Source of the DNA: Ramazzottius varieornatus
Lineage: Eukaryota > Animalia > Tardigrada
DNA: 64,000 bases
Direction: 5' to 3'
Assembly: GCA_001949185.1 (NCBI GenBank)
Contig: BDGG01000004.1
Location: forward strand, 3,443,777 to 3,507,776
Shown: positions 25,401-37,463 of the stretch, piece by piece
Numbering within the stretch: position 1 is the first letter of the stretch
Layout of the letters: each line of letters starts with the position of its first letter
Notes under the pieces: generated by a model
The model's input: only the letters and a program-made list of their open reading frames with translations
Databases searched by the model: none
What the model was told of the DNA's origin: nothing
Made by a program: the position numbers and the translations under genes

Positions 25401-28173
25401 CATTGCAATTTCCCTTGGGGGCCTTGCTGTGGTCAGTATCCCTATTGCCATATGGTATTATTGTTGCAGAGGGTAAGATTATTCAAAAGTTTCCTCACAG
25501 AGTATATCTCATTGGTGCAAGTTTTATTTCGTGTATGCAGAAGGCCGACGCCGAAGAAGCCACTCAACGAGGCACCGCATCGAGCCGTTGCGCCCAGTCC
25601 AACCACTTACACGGCGAAACCAACAGCGAACGGGAATGGTATGAATGGCCATGCGATAGCCAACCCGGAAACCACAGCGCTGTTGCGCACTGCGTACCCT
25701 GAAGAACCAGAACCATCTCCCAACTCGACGTTAAGGCTGCGGGATACTTCGCAAGACAAAAGGAGCTCCGACTTATACACTAGTCAGCCAATGGGTCCAG
25801 GTCGACATCCGCCCATACCTGTGGAGGATCTGGGCAATTACATCAACACGCTGAAAGCTAATGACAACCTAAAGTTTTCCCAAGAATACGAGGTACGACT
25901 AAGTAGGAAAAAATATTCTGCTGTATTGGATAATTAATAATTAGAAATCTTGATGTTTCAGAGTGTGGAGACCAATCAGCAGTTCACATGGGAGAACTCG
26001 AACCTCGAGTACAACAAGCCAAAGAACCGATATGCCAATGTGGTGGCGTATGACCACTCTCGCGTGGTGCTCAAGACGATGGATAACATGTCGGGAAGTG
26101 ACTACATCAATGCCAATTTCTGCGATGGATACCAAACGAAGAACGCTTACATCGCAACCCAAGGTCCTCTTCCAGAAACGTTCGGAGACTTCTGGAGAAT
26201 GGTGTGGGAGCAGCATTGCTTTACGATTGTAATGATGACTCGTCTAGAGGTACTGTATACGCGCCACCTTACAGTCAATAATCGGTGTCTGACTGATGCC
26301 TATTCTTGTAGGAGCGAGCGCGCATCAAGTGTGATTGCTACTGGCCTTCACGCGGAAGCGAAGTTTACGGCGTCATCCATGTCACACTGGTTGATGTGCA
26401 GGAGCTAGCTTTCTACTGTATTCGTACGTTCAGTATCCAGCCCATTGGTCATCTGGACAAGAGGGAAGTGCGGCAGTTCCAGTTCACAGGATGGCCGGAT
26501 CATGGTGTACCAGAGTCACCTACCGCTTTCTTGATGTTCCTACACAGAGTGAAGGTAACGACCCACTACCCTCTCTCATTCTGGGTATCTGCATACGAAG
26601 GTTCCGTCATGTTCGGCGCACCTCCTATAGGTATCGAACCCTCCGGAAGCCGGACCAGTAACGGTCCACTGCAGGTACAGTTTCCCAGTCCTCGAAGATA
26701 TAAATATAAAATTTTGTACAGGAACGCGAGCTCCTCCAGATGTTGAGCTCTTTCTTGGTTTATCTCATAAGCTTTCTTCTTGTAGTGCGGGAGTGGGACG
26801 TACTGGTGCATACATTGTTATTGACAGCATGCTTGACCGTCTGCGGCAAGAGCGTACAGTGGACATTTACGGCCATGTGACCATACTGAGGGAGCAGCGG
26901 AATTACATGGTCCAAACGGAAGATCAGTACATTTTCATCTACGATGCCGTTCTAGAAGCCATTGAAAGTGGCAACACAGAAATACCGCTCAACCAACTTC
27001 ACCACAAAGTGCAGAAGCTAACGCAACCCGTTAACGGGATGGACGGCATCAACGGGATGGAGTTGGAGTTCAGGAAGCTGGCCACCAGCAAAGCAGAGCT
27101 GTCCAAGTTTGTTTCGGCTAACCTGCCAGCTAACCGTCAGAAGAATCGCTTGATCAACATCTTGCCGTACGAAGCGACCCGTGTCTGCCTGGAGCCGATA
27201 CGGGGTGTTGATGGCTCCGACTATATCAACGCTAATTACATTGACGTATGTTCTTCCACAAATGAGACAACCATGGTTTTCTAAGCGATACAGAGACAGT
27301 GTTTCGTCTTACAGAGTTACGGCTTGAAAAACGCGTATATAGCTATGCAGGCCCCCATGAAGAACACAGTCGACGACTTCTGGAGGTGCTTGTGGGAGCA
27401 GAATTGCACGATCATCGTCATGCTGACGAAACTGAAAGAGCTTGGTCGGGTAAGTCTCCGGTTTTCTATCTGCTGTACATATTCATCACGTCTAACGATG
27501 CATTGTTGTACTGTAGGAGAGGTGCGAACAATACTGGCCGCTGGAACGGTCCCAGCGCTACCAGTACTTTGTCGTTTACCCTGTGGCCGAGTACTCCATG
27601 CACAGCTACTTGATGCGCGAATTCAAAGTGACTGATGCGCGCGATGGTCAGTCTAGGACCATCAGGCAGTTCCAGGTACTCCAAGTCTTCTTTTATCTTT
27701 CCATCTGCCTTTGTTGAGTGCTGTGTGATATTCTGGCCTCTCATATTCTTGCCTTTGCAGTTCATGGAGTGGCCAGAAGAGGGTGTACCAAAGACGGGTG
27801 AAGTCCTAATGGAATTCATAGCTCAAGTGCATAAAACCAAAGAGCAGTTTGGACAAGAAGGACCAATCTGTGTTCACTGCAGGTAAACTATCCGTCCAAT
27901 AATTCGATAGGAACTCTTGCTGCCAATTGTAGTCTAACTGATTCTCGTCTTTGTAGTACCGGTGTTGGACGGACGGGTGTCTTTATCGCGCTGAGCCACA
28001 TTCTTGATAGAATGCGGTTCGAGGCGGTGGTCGACGTATTCCAGACAGTCAAGCTATTGAGGACTCAACGTCCGTCGATGGTCCACACCGAAGAGCAGTA
28101 TCAGTTCTTGTATTTCGTAGCACTGGAATACCTTGAAGCATTTCGCCAGTCGTACGATGACGTTACACCCTGA
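19453..28173 (+). CDS. Lar: LAR-family (type IIa) receptor protein tyrosine phosphatase, multi-exon; 3 Ig, 9 FN3, TM, tandem PTP domains; signal-peptide exon not located
   Basis: Ig1 [19 protein letters not shown]...VLRIEP; Ig2/Ig3 junction LYVK|[11 protein letters not shown]; nine FN3 repeats; [27 protein letters not shown]; D1 KNRY, WPDHGVP, HCS|AGVGRTG; D2 KNRL, WPEEGVP, HCS|TGVGRTG; ends [15 protein letters not shown] (TGA 28171-28173). Ortholog of C. elegans ptp-3 and vertebrate PTPRF/D/S. Confidence 0.96.
22316..22333 (+). other. Candidate 18-nt microexon A in the LAR FN4-FN5 intron
   Basis: ttgttcag|CCAGCGAATTCTCTGCGC|gtaaag; frame-preserving in phase 1, no stop; upstream intron 73 nt. 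Confidence 0.45.
22409..22426 (+). other. Candidate 18-nt microexon B in the LAR FN4-FN5 intron
   Basis: ctaac branch point plus U/G-rich tract, then aatggcag|GGATGCCAAATAGAATTC|gtaagt; frame-preserving; gives ...TDES-GMPNRIL-PEKP. Confidence 0.65.
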
Positions 28174-28766
28174 GTTCAACCCTGAGTTCAACCCCCATGG
28201 TCATGCCTACACCCGTCTTTCTGGTCGCTTGATGGATGCCTAACCGCCAGACGACCTCTTCTCGTCCAAGCTGCATTTATGACTTTCGACTGTTGCTATA
28301 CACATAGTCTCTGGGAGTTCCGGCAGCTAACTGGTCTGTTGTTCTTTATTGAACTGTATTGGAGTCACTCCTTCAGGACCAACATGTAAAAGCAATCCGT
28401 TTGAATTTTGTGAAGGCCACCCATGACTACGTTCTTTACCTTCTTTCTTGTTTTCCTTTTTAGCGTTTTATCAATTGTACAGTTTGTTGCAGGTTCGAAT
28501 TCGAACTTTTTGGTATATTTTAGTAAGTTTGATCCTTTTTTGCTATAAAAACCTTCCTTTTTCGGAAAAAATATCTTGAAATACTTAACGACATACGTGC
28601 AGGAAGTCTACAGCAAGGTCAGCGTAGTATTTTCGCGCTAACAAATGTTAGCTAAGAAACTACGAAATCGGTTGTCCAAATAAAAAACTTGTAAAATTAT
28701 TTAGACTACGTACAGAGTGCTTCATCGAACCCTCAAGAAAAATACGCAAATACAAAAATAACGGTT

Positions 28767-30223
28767 CTAGTCGTCATAAGGGATATTTCTTATCTCGCGG
28801 GCGCGCTTCACGATACCGTCTATGGTAATTGCTGGGCCTATTGGCATTCTTAAAATTTTCAGGAAAACGTCCAGGTTCATGAGAAGAAGTGCAGCGCCAT
28901 CGATTTCCTAAAAAGGAGAGGCGCCGTTACTTTCCTCCGAAACGTTTCACTGCGAGTACGAACTCTCACCTCTTTTTCGATTGTTTCTTTCAAGTTTTGT
29001 TGGTTCTCTCCGAATAGCTGTATTACCATATTGGCCACTTGCTCAACAGTCATTTCCGGTATGAGTGCTGCGTCAATTTCATGGGCTTGAAGGAGTTCTA
29101 CACAGGTAGGTACGCTCTTTCGCTCATCTGTATAACATGTGTCCGTTATACGTCGGTAGTTCCAGGCGGGTGCTGGATGCTCTTTGTGTTCTTCAAAGAC
29201 TGTGTTGTGGATTTCCCGCATCAAGGCGGACAATTCGCTCTTGATAGACGTAGGAGAAAGGGGAACTCGTGGTCGGGCCTTGCTGGTGGGCGTTGGTGGT
29301 TTAGATTCCGGGGCTTCACCGTTGGTCAACATCAGTTCCCTCTTCGGTGGTCGAACTGCAAAGACAAGACTTAGCTTGCCCACTTCGAAGAACAAGCGAG
29401 AATTTACAGCTGACGTCGTTCTCGAATTGCCGTGTCAAGACTCGAGATCGCTGGGCTGAGTGACGCACGCTTTCAGTAAGCCGTAACGGAAAAGTACGCC
29501 ACTTGAAAGAACGATCTCGTACGTTCCGCCTGCCGTCCTTCTAGTCCTGGAGTACCGCGTTTGATCTTGATTACTGTGATGAGCTACACTATTAAGTAAT
29601 ACGCTGCAGGGAAGTGACAACATGTATCAATCAGCGTCAAGATGAACCCACTTTTATAGCCCAGTACTGCTGCTGACCATCGTCACGTGACCGCTTACGT
29701 ATTGCAAGTGCAGAGGTTTTCTTACCGTAGTTGTGGAACCCGTAAAACGCTCCCACATCGATTGCTTTCCGGCCGGGCAGCTTCGCAAAGGAGTGCTGAG
29801 GAACATTATGAGCATTGATGATATCCTGTATGCTAGTGCCTATGGGTCTGCAGAACGAAGTCTTCAGTCATTGAGCCAAGAAACGGTGAAGATGGACAAA
29901 ATGACTTACGGTGTGAACATCCGGGGTGCAGTAATCCGTCGCTGGGCATGAGGTAGCGGATGAGACACTTCGCTTTCCATTTCCTTCTTGGATGGTACAC
30001 CATTGGCCTTGTGAGCGTTATCGAGAGGAGGTGGAGGTTGGGATGGCGCATCCGCGGAAGCTTCAGCGGCAGAGGTGTTTCTCCTGTCTAGCGATGCAGG
30101 CTCGGTGGAGGGCACATCGACATCCATCGGAGTAGCTTCGCCAGAACTGTTGTCGCTTGGTGTCCCAGATTCATCCATGGCCGATTCCGGGCTTTCGGTG
30201 TTCTCCGCGCCTTCCATGGCCAT
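28767..30223 (-). CDS. Protein with low-complexity acidic N-terminus and C-terminal Scm/Ph/MBT-type SAM domain (5 coding exons)
   Basis: MAMEGAENTES...RMFTP|PIGTSIQDIINAH...GFHNY|VIKIKRG...QAE|LRPPKRE...EMTVEQVANMVIQLFGENQQNLKETIEKE|EIDGAALLLMNLDVFLKILRMPIGPAITIDGIVKR...PYDD*. The EIDG.ALLL...GPA.KI pattern is typical of Polycomb-type SAM domains; splice phases are consistent. Confidence 0.8.
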
Positions 30224-31388
30224 GGCTGGGTGGAAACTGACCACTCGGATAACGATGAGGCGTGCGCGAATACGAAGTGGTCGAAATCGATCCTTCAACG
30301 ACACGGAACGTTCACACGCCATCCAAGTCTTCAAGCAGCAACGTAGTATCACTTACCACTCAAACCCGGAAGAGGAAATGATTTTGTTTTCAGCATCCAA
30401 AGGTAAACTCGTCGGGATTCAAGAAGCTGCGATTCCTAAGGATAGACCACTGTCCAGTCAGAGCGGAATATCCAGTCGTTCAGAGAATCTAGACCGTGTG
30501 ACTTGTATCACCGCTCCATCCACCTGCTGGAGATCGTCATCCGAAGCCTAGTTTCCAAACCAACAGAGTACGGTAAAAGCGATGGCTGAGGGAAGACGGT
30601 GAAAAGTTACATAACATAAATTTAATGAGAAGTCCGGTTGAAGTCTACAGTCATGGAAGTGAAAGTGGACTCGTGTATAATGCAAATAGTCAACCCGCAA
30701 GCCACGGCACCGCGTGACCGCTGATGATGCACTCGCTATCACGTGCTCGTTTTGATACCGTACCGGGGCCTTTCTGTACCGCAACTTTCATCCAGCGGTC
30801 ATGTTAACGGTGTGGATACGAGGACACGCCATTTTGTCGGGATTTCGTTCCTTTAGAGAAAAGCACTTCCAACTTTTACAAGAGCGTCAACATTTTAATT
30901 ATCTATCGAATCGGTTCCAGACGGAGAACGTTGCGTTACGCCAGGTAACCAAGACAGTAGGTCATCTGAAGCTTCGAGACCAGCGTGAAGAATGGAGGAA
31001 GTGCAAGCGGAGGAATCATCGGTCGCAGGAACTCTTACCAAGAGCAAGAGGCAAATTTCAAGTCTGTTCTGGGAACGATAGCGATATTCCAATTATTATA
31101 ACAAAAAGTCAAGGAAAATAGCCAGTCTTGCTATCGTATGAGTAAGATATGCTGTTAACTAGAAGTGAGATATGGAGACCTCGGTCAGGAAAAGGCATCG
31201 GCGGGCTTTTAGAGGGCAGGTAGAATTCTGGACACCAGCGCTAAGCTCACAGTAGAACTGGTTGCAGTACAACAACATCATGCTACAGTTGACACGTCTA
31301 CATGGAAATAAAATTAAAATACATTTGCTATTGGCAGCTGTCATTGTATTTCATCTCATCTTGCCGGACACTCGGAAAACACCTTCTC

Positions 31389-33679
31389 TCATTCGTATTG
31401 GCTGCTGGCGGAGACCCGACCCGAATGATGACCATTGCCGTTGCGGTAATGGTCGCCATTCTCATACGAGGAAGTCTTGAATTCTGCGGGCACCGTCTTG
31501 GTTATAGTCGGTTCTTCCAGCTCTTCGTGCTTGGTCATCTTCATGCCGGACTGCAGCTTGTAGTGGTGGATGATGTCCTGGTCAGCTGGACACGACTCCA
31601 AGAAGGCCGCCAACTGGTACATGGTGCTCATGTACTTCCATAAGTGGTGCATCTCAACCGGTATTTCAAAGTTGTAAAAATGTTTACCTGCAATAAAATC
31701 ATCGCTACTTCAACCCCTTCAAACTAGAGTATTTCGTCATTCTCCCGTACCAGCAACTCGAATATTCTGAAGTCGAGGCATCAGCTCACAATCGAAACAG
31801 CAAATGGAATCCCCTGTCAAGTACCGCGATCCCTTTTGAGCTAAGTGTGCGTCAATGTTCTTCAGACAGTTCAGCAAACCATTTCGTGTCTGATCTGTGT
31901 TTTGCAGAAGGAACATCTTGAACTTCTGTAAGACAAACCAACCTTGTTAGTACCCTACATCGCTTGCGGTCCGAGTTTCGTCGAAGGGAACACAACTTTA
32001 ATTTCAGATATTTTGAAAATATCCTCGTCCGGTCATTGAGAATGGCCCGTAGCCTGTGGCTGTAAGCGAACCGACCATCGCAACATTCCGCCATCGTAAA
32101 GTTAGTGTATGGATAGCCGATAGAATATCATCGTGCGCAGTGTCAACCTTTAGATTGATCACTTCGTGACTGCCATTTCCGGCAAATGTGAACTGTTACG
32201 ACACGCACTTCACAGATACCGTCAACATTACTGTATCGGACAAACGTGTTACCTTGTACAAATTCTCAATCTTTGCTTCGGTTTCGCGATCTTGAATAAA
32301 CAGGTTGTGGCCGCCAGGAATTTCCTTCATGATATGGCGCTCAATCCGGTCATTCTCCGAAATGATGATGCCGTCGTGAATCAGAATGGGTGGATGTGCC
32401 GCCTCAAAGTTGCTTCTACAAACACATGGTAGAATACTTTGTGAATGACTAGTTCACTGATAAATCTAATTATGCAAGGGAGTTAGAGTAAAAGACTCAC
32501 CTGAAATCCGGAGGCGGCTTCTGCATATCGACTGTGGTCACTTTTAGCGCGATGGTTTTGAGCTCGGCCAGCAGATACAGTTCCATGAAATATTCCTGAC
32601 AAAAGAGGCAGGCGCCTTTTCGTCGTCCATCTATGGTCGAAGCCTAGACACAAAACAAACCGGTAAGAGTGCAAACAAATTATACTTATTTCAGACAGAG
32701 CCCTTGTACGAAAACCGATCCAACTTCATTCCTTGTGTGTTCTCTTCCTTCACTTTGTTGTGACCTACCACTACACCTAATGATCCGAAAACTCAGTTTC
32801 TATTCGCGAAAATTAATATTCTGCGAAGAATTCGAACTATTATGTAGTGAATTCGGTGAAATTCCAATAGAATTCTCCGTAGCCGCATTCGAATTCTTTC
32901 CGGAGAATTTCAAAAACTAGTTTCTCGCAGCCTTGTCCTGCTAGACCCATTCGCAGAAGCCTTTGAAGTGTTTCATGATGTAAGAGATGTCAACTATCTC
33001 AATGGACGTGGGACGAGTGGACGCAACAGAGTGGTTGTTATCTCTTGAGCTGCCCAGCAAACGGCGTTACGGCGTCGATAACATTAAACGAGGATTCAAA
33101 CAAGATAACGGCACCTTGTAATTAAAATCAAAGACGCTACCTTGCACGAATACTGATCAAGCCAGGTGACAAGCAGAGCGAAGACGCACGCGTTTCACCC
33201 TTACCACCTCCTTCCGCCTCAGTGTGCAAAAACTACCTTGTCAATAAGACGAGCAACCCTAAAATCATGAACAGCCTTAACTTCGCCCTCCATTCGCCCA
33301 TGATACCACGAGCCACCTTCGAAGAACACCAGGACTTTCTAATGTGTGACCTGCAGCAGAAAGAAGAATTATAATGAATATTCCCAATCAATTAACAGGC
33401 TGATGGCATCCATTGATTGTACATAGGAAAGCCTAGACGCGCTCTCAACGTTCAGCCTCGTCAACTTTGCTCTCTTTCCGATAGACCTAGCACAACAAGC
33501 AGCACCATACCAAAACAACCCGTATCAGAGCAAATACGTTTACTGTGGCAGGATTGAATTCGCGTGGTTTACGATTTGTTTGAACGACACAAATGCAAAT
33601 AAGACGTTCCTACGCGGACGGAATAACTCACCCGGATAAGCAGTTCCACTTCTGCCAGTGTCCCGTCCGTGTCCGCCAT
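31389..33679 (-). CDS. Clic: Chloride intracellular channel (CLIC/EXC-4 family, GST fold), 5 coding exons
   Basis: MADTDGTLAEVELLIR|ASTIDGRRKGACLFCQEYFMELYLLAELKTIALKVTTVDMQKPPPDFR|SNFEAAHPPILI...|...YLTGDSICCFDCELMPRLQNIRVA|GKHFYNFEIP...SCPADQDIIHHYKLQ...KHEELEEPT; very close to Drosophila Clic as I recall it. Confidence 0.95.
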
Positions 33680-34942
33680 CCTCGTTATTAAATCCTTACG
33701 GCCGGAGATCTGGAGAAGACGATCAGCTGAGAAGCAATAGATAGTCTGGTAGATATCCTGTCCAGTAGAATGCGTGAAGGAAACCCGATATGCCAGCAGG
33801 CCAGCTCAAGAGTCAAGAATGCCCAACTGATTCATTCGACGTCTTGTAGCGTCGATCGCGCAATCGGCAGAGCGAGGCGGCGGAATGGATGAGTCATGTC
33901 CGCTTGACCGTGTTTGATTTGTTCATTCATCTTCGTGGGCGGACAGTACCCCTATTATCGCAATCTGCCTACTGGTGTTAATGGCGGGTCCTGGACCTTG
34001 CATAACTGGGAAACTTGATAAATTCTTGACCATCTTCGAAGCTTTGTCCTTGGGAATGCTGGACTAGGTAGCTCGGGTTGACCTGCCGGTTATTCTTGAC
34101 CTTCCAGAGCCACACCCAAGTCAGAAAATGCCGCAGATCGTTGTCCCGCAGATTCTAAACTAACGAGGTCCTAGCGAATCACGCGTCCACTGGTCAAACA
34201 CGACTCCATCTGTACGAGATACATCCGATGAACGTCCTAGTACCATGAATAAGCATTCCGCCTGACCTAAGTCCTGGAACAGAATTCGGAGTCGAATTCG
34301 GAATTGCGCTCCGTTCCTGTTTTCCGTTTTCCAAAAGGGCCAGATCAAAGATCGGATTTCCGAAACTGCAGTATAGAAGGCAAAAACCAGTCAGAAGCTT
34401 GGCTGAGAAGCTCAGCACGATGGTTTTCCACGTAACGCAGGGCTCCTGCCAGTCGCATGGAGAATCCGCGCCACTTGGTAAAAAAATCCCGTCGAGTTTG
34501 ACGGGCGGGCTCCCGAACAGTGAATGGAACTGTGCCGATTGTCGCCAAAACTGGTAATTCCACTGCGAAAAACCGACTTCCGACGAGCGGAATTCCGGTT
34601 GGAGGTTTATACTCCAATTCGGAATTCCAGTGCTCCGAATCGGGATCAGCCGGAAAGGAACGAAATTCCTATTTTCCAAGCGCAATAAGGAATGAAGCGC
34701 GAAACAGAATGCGTGCCTTACTCGATACAGGAATACTCGATGTTTGGAGCTTTCAGTACTCAATGATACCGACACAAATACAGCTAAAAAAAGATGGTTG
34801 TCAGAGAAAAATCAGAACTTGTCGTCACCGGCATATAAAAAACACGAAAGTGAATAGACGCTAAAAGCAACTTACAAAACACGAAAGAGGCTCGGTGTAT
34901 TCCTAAAAGTTACGTGGTCATTTAAGAAGGAAAGAAAAACAC

Positions 34943-37020
34943 TCATAATTCTCTGACGAACTTGCACCCGTCTTCATCACAGTCTAGCAGATTGATCACC
35001 GGTACTGATGAGTTCGACCCACTATTCATCACTGAGATATACTCCGATTCCTCTTTAATCTTGCTCTTGGGAGTTACGACTGCGTTGCTGACGACGGGCG
35101 CAGAACCCACTCGATTGCGACGTCGAATCGAGATGTTGCGACCCAAGAACCCATCACTAACCGGCTCGGATATTTTCTTACCCAACAAAGCTTTCAGCTT
35201 TGCCATTCTTGGACATGGCTTCACGAGTAGCAATCGATTCGGGGTTGGCAAGACATAGGAGTTTTCCCCGCTGGAAGGTTCATACGGTGTACCGACCCGA
35301 TTGGTGAAGTCGGCCGGGATGAAAAACTGCAAAGAGATAACCGAAGAGATAACAGAAGTTCGACGCGCTTCTCCTAATAAAACTGTTAGGTTAAGTCTTA
35401 CCGAAACTTCTTTCTTGCTGCTTGGAACTGCAGAGTCTCGTTCCGACTTTTGTGGTTGCCATCCCGGAGAACGGCGCGGTGGGAGCTCGGGCTTCTTGTC
35501 GCTGGTTTTTACATAGATAGTCTGCAGAGGCTTCCTAGTTCCTGTCCGAGCGATCTTCACTTCCGGATCTGGAAGCTGAGAGTAGATGTGGTCCGGTAAG
35601 TCATCACCGTCATCCTTGAAGGACTGATGAGTGTACAGCTTTGCTCGAAGCTCGTTCTCTTTTTTCTGCTTGCGAATACGTTTGTGGTAGACGCAGGCGA
35701 TGATGATCAGAATGCAGACAGCGGCAGCAGTGAAACCCAACGCGAGGCCGAGATGCATTTCATCCTTGATTACTGCAAAGAGAACTGGGTTAGGGCGTCC
35801 GAAGAAAGCTGGATGCACAAGCTAAACATATTCTGGCCCCTTGAAACAAACAAACAAACAAACAAACAAACAAACAAACGAACAGTCAAGCATAAAAACT
35901 TAGAAAATTCTTCTGGTAGAAGTACGGCTTACTTTTCCCCACGATCTTCGCCTTGAAGCCCCGGAAGTGGACACTCCCCGGCGCTCGATTTCCTTGCCAT
36001 GAACTATAGCGTAGCACTGCGACGGTGGATGAAGACTCGTACTCTTCCGGCTTCTCTTCTCCACAGTGCGGCTTACCAATCATCAGCAGCTGGCCAGTTC
36101 GCAGAAGAGAGCCCATCCTGACACCCGCCACCTTACAGTCGTGTGGCAAGTCGAAATCTTCAAATGCGAAAATGATTGGGTTTTCGGAAGAAGGTGAAAC
36201 AAAACGCCATTCGCAGTGACTAAGTGGCAGAATTCGATGAGGATAGCCAGGTGAGGTAATGTAAAGCTCTTCGTTAAAATTTAAGGAACGTTCTCCACCG
36301 CAAGTCCCACACGTTATCTCGGCCAGACGGGAACAACTGTCAGCTGGAATGATCCTACAGTCTTCTATCTGGGAAGCTAGTGTCCTACAAACCATCCGGA
36401 CAAAGTGTTGGTTGGCTAAAGAAGATCCGTTGACTTCCTTCATGTCGATGAATGTCTCAAATCCTCCACTTCGACACATCAAGTGAGCAGCCAAGACACT
36501 TGGATCGCAGATGGGAACGAAGTAATTCAGACCTAGCTGCTTGGACCAGATGTGAGGGACCAATTCCTTGTTCTCCACGCTCTCTGTTTCCCAGCCGACA
36601 GAGTTGTTGTTCAGTGGCATCATCTTGAAAGCTACCTCTGCGAAAGAAACAGTAGCATAAGTTGCTCACATTCAATGTAACAGCCAACTGGAACGGAAGT
36701 CGTGATTTTGGTAACCTAATTCTCACCTTTCCAAACGAATCCGTCATCTTTACTTACCAAAATCTACAGAGCACACAGAAGAATAAACGGGTCCAGAAAT
36801 TTCTTCTGTACGTACCTTAACAGACATCAAACGACAACAACGCTTCACGGATATTACACAAAGACAGAGCAAAGCAACTTACCTCCGTTTCCGTGCTGTC
36901 AGTCACAAGCGAACCGCCTTCTGACGGGGTATCCTTTGTTCCATGCAGAGGCATTGCTGGTATGGACGGCAAACTAAGAAGAGCCAAGATCGACAGAAGG
37001 TGCAGAATCCATCTTCGCAT
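34943..37020 (-). CDS. Single-pass type I membrane protein: signal peptide, SRCR-like Cys-rich domain, CUB domain, TM, Tyr/Pro-motif cytoplasmic tail
   Basis: Signal peptide MRRWILHLLSILALLSLPSIPA; PICD...AHLMCRSGGF...C...IEDC...AEITC (SRCR-like); CGG...YITSPGYP...CEWRF...FEDFDL...C...HCG...FRGFKA (CUB); TM LGLALGFTAAAVCILIIIACVY followed by HKRIRKQKK; splice phases close with an exon at about 36816-36757. Confidence 0.85.
35844..35879. repeat. (AAAC)9 microsatellite in an intron of the CUB gene
   Basis: aaacaaacaaac... read directly. Confidence 0.95.
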
Positions 37021-37285
37021 TTCTGAAGTCCAACGGAAACAAGGTCAAAAGAAGCAATCAAATGGTTGCTCTTTCAAACTCCCATGAATTCAGCTTTGGC
37101 TGTGGTTTCCAGTCACAGCACGATCTATGAACAAAGCAACCTGTGAACTGCCGAGCGAAGAGCGCAAACCGAATACCAGGATCTGACGCGGACATAGAGT
37201 CCAGATTTTCGAAAGCGGATCTTATGGAAAATCGAAATGCCGATACTGTAAGCTTTGTGTGCATTTCGCGCATAAATACGTATCG

Positions 37286-37311
37286 GCCCTGGGCGAAATT
37301 TCGCCCAGGGC
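37286..37311. repeat. Perfect 26-bp palindrome
   Basis: gccctgggcgaaa|tttcgcccagggc is its own reverse complement. Confidence 0.95.
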
Positions 37312-37463
37312 ACAGTGCCGTGGTCAAACTCGACGGTCATCCTTACACGTCGGACGAATAATCTGGGGTTCGACCGATGCTTTTCGTTTGTTTTTTCAGA
37401 GCTGAGGCTGCGGGACGGCTTTTTTCTCTCATTCGAATTTTGAAATTCGATGTCCATATTTTA

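Noticed and set aside
28167-28194. 12-bp tandem duplication (ccctgagttcaa) spanning the LAR stop codon, as a possible readthrough signal
   Set aside because: Readthrough would add only four residues before the duplicated TGA; most likely simple slippage
28491-28506. ggttcgaattcgaac, B-box-like and palindromic
   Set aside because: No A-box or cloverleaf; lies in the LAR 3' UTR, so not a tRNA
34262-34680. GGAATTCC-rich stretch between the CUB and CLIC genes, and the 193-aa ORF 34194-34775
   Set aside because: No definable TIRs or repeat unit; the ORF has no recognisable features
36757-36762. Apparent 6-nt microexon (tag|ATTTTG|gtaagt) in the CUB gene
   Set aside because: Better explained as the 3' end of an ordinary exon (VRTEEISGPVYSSVCSVDF) that gives the correct splice phases
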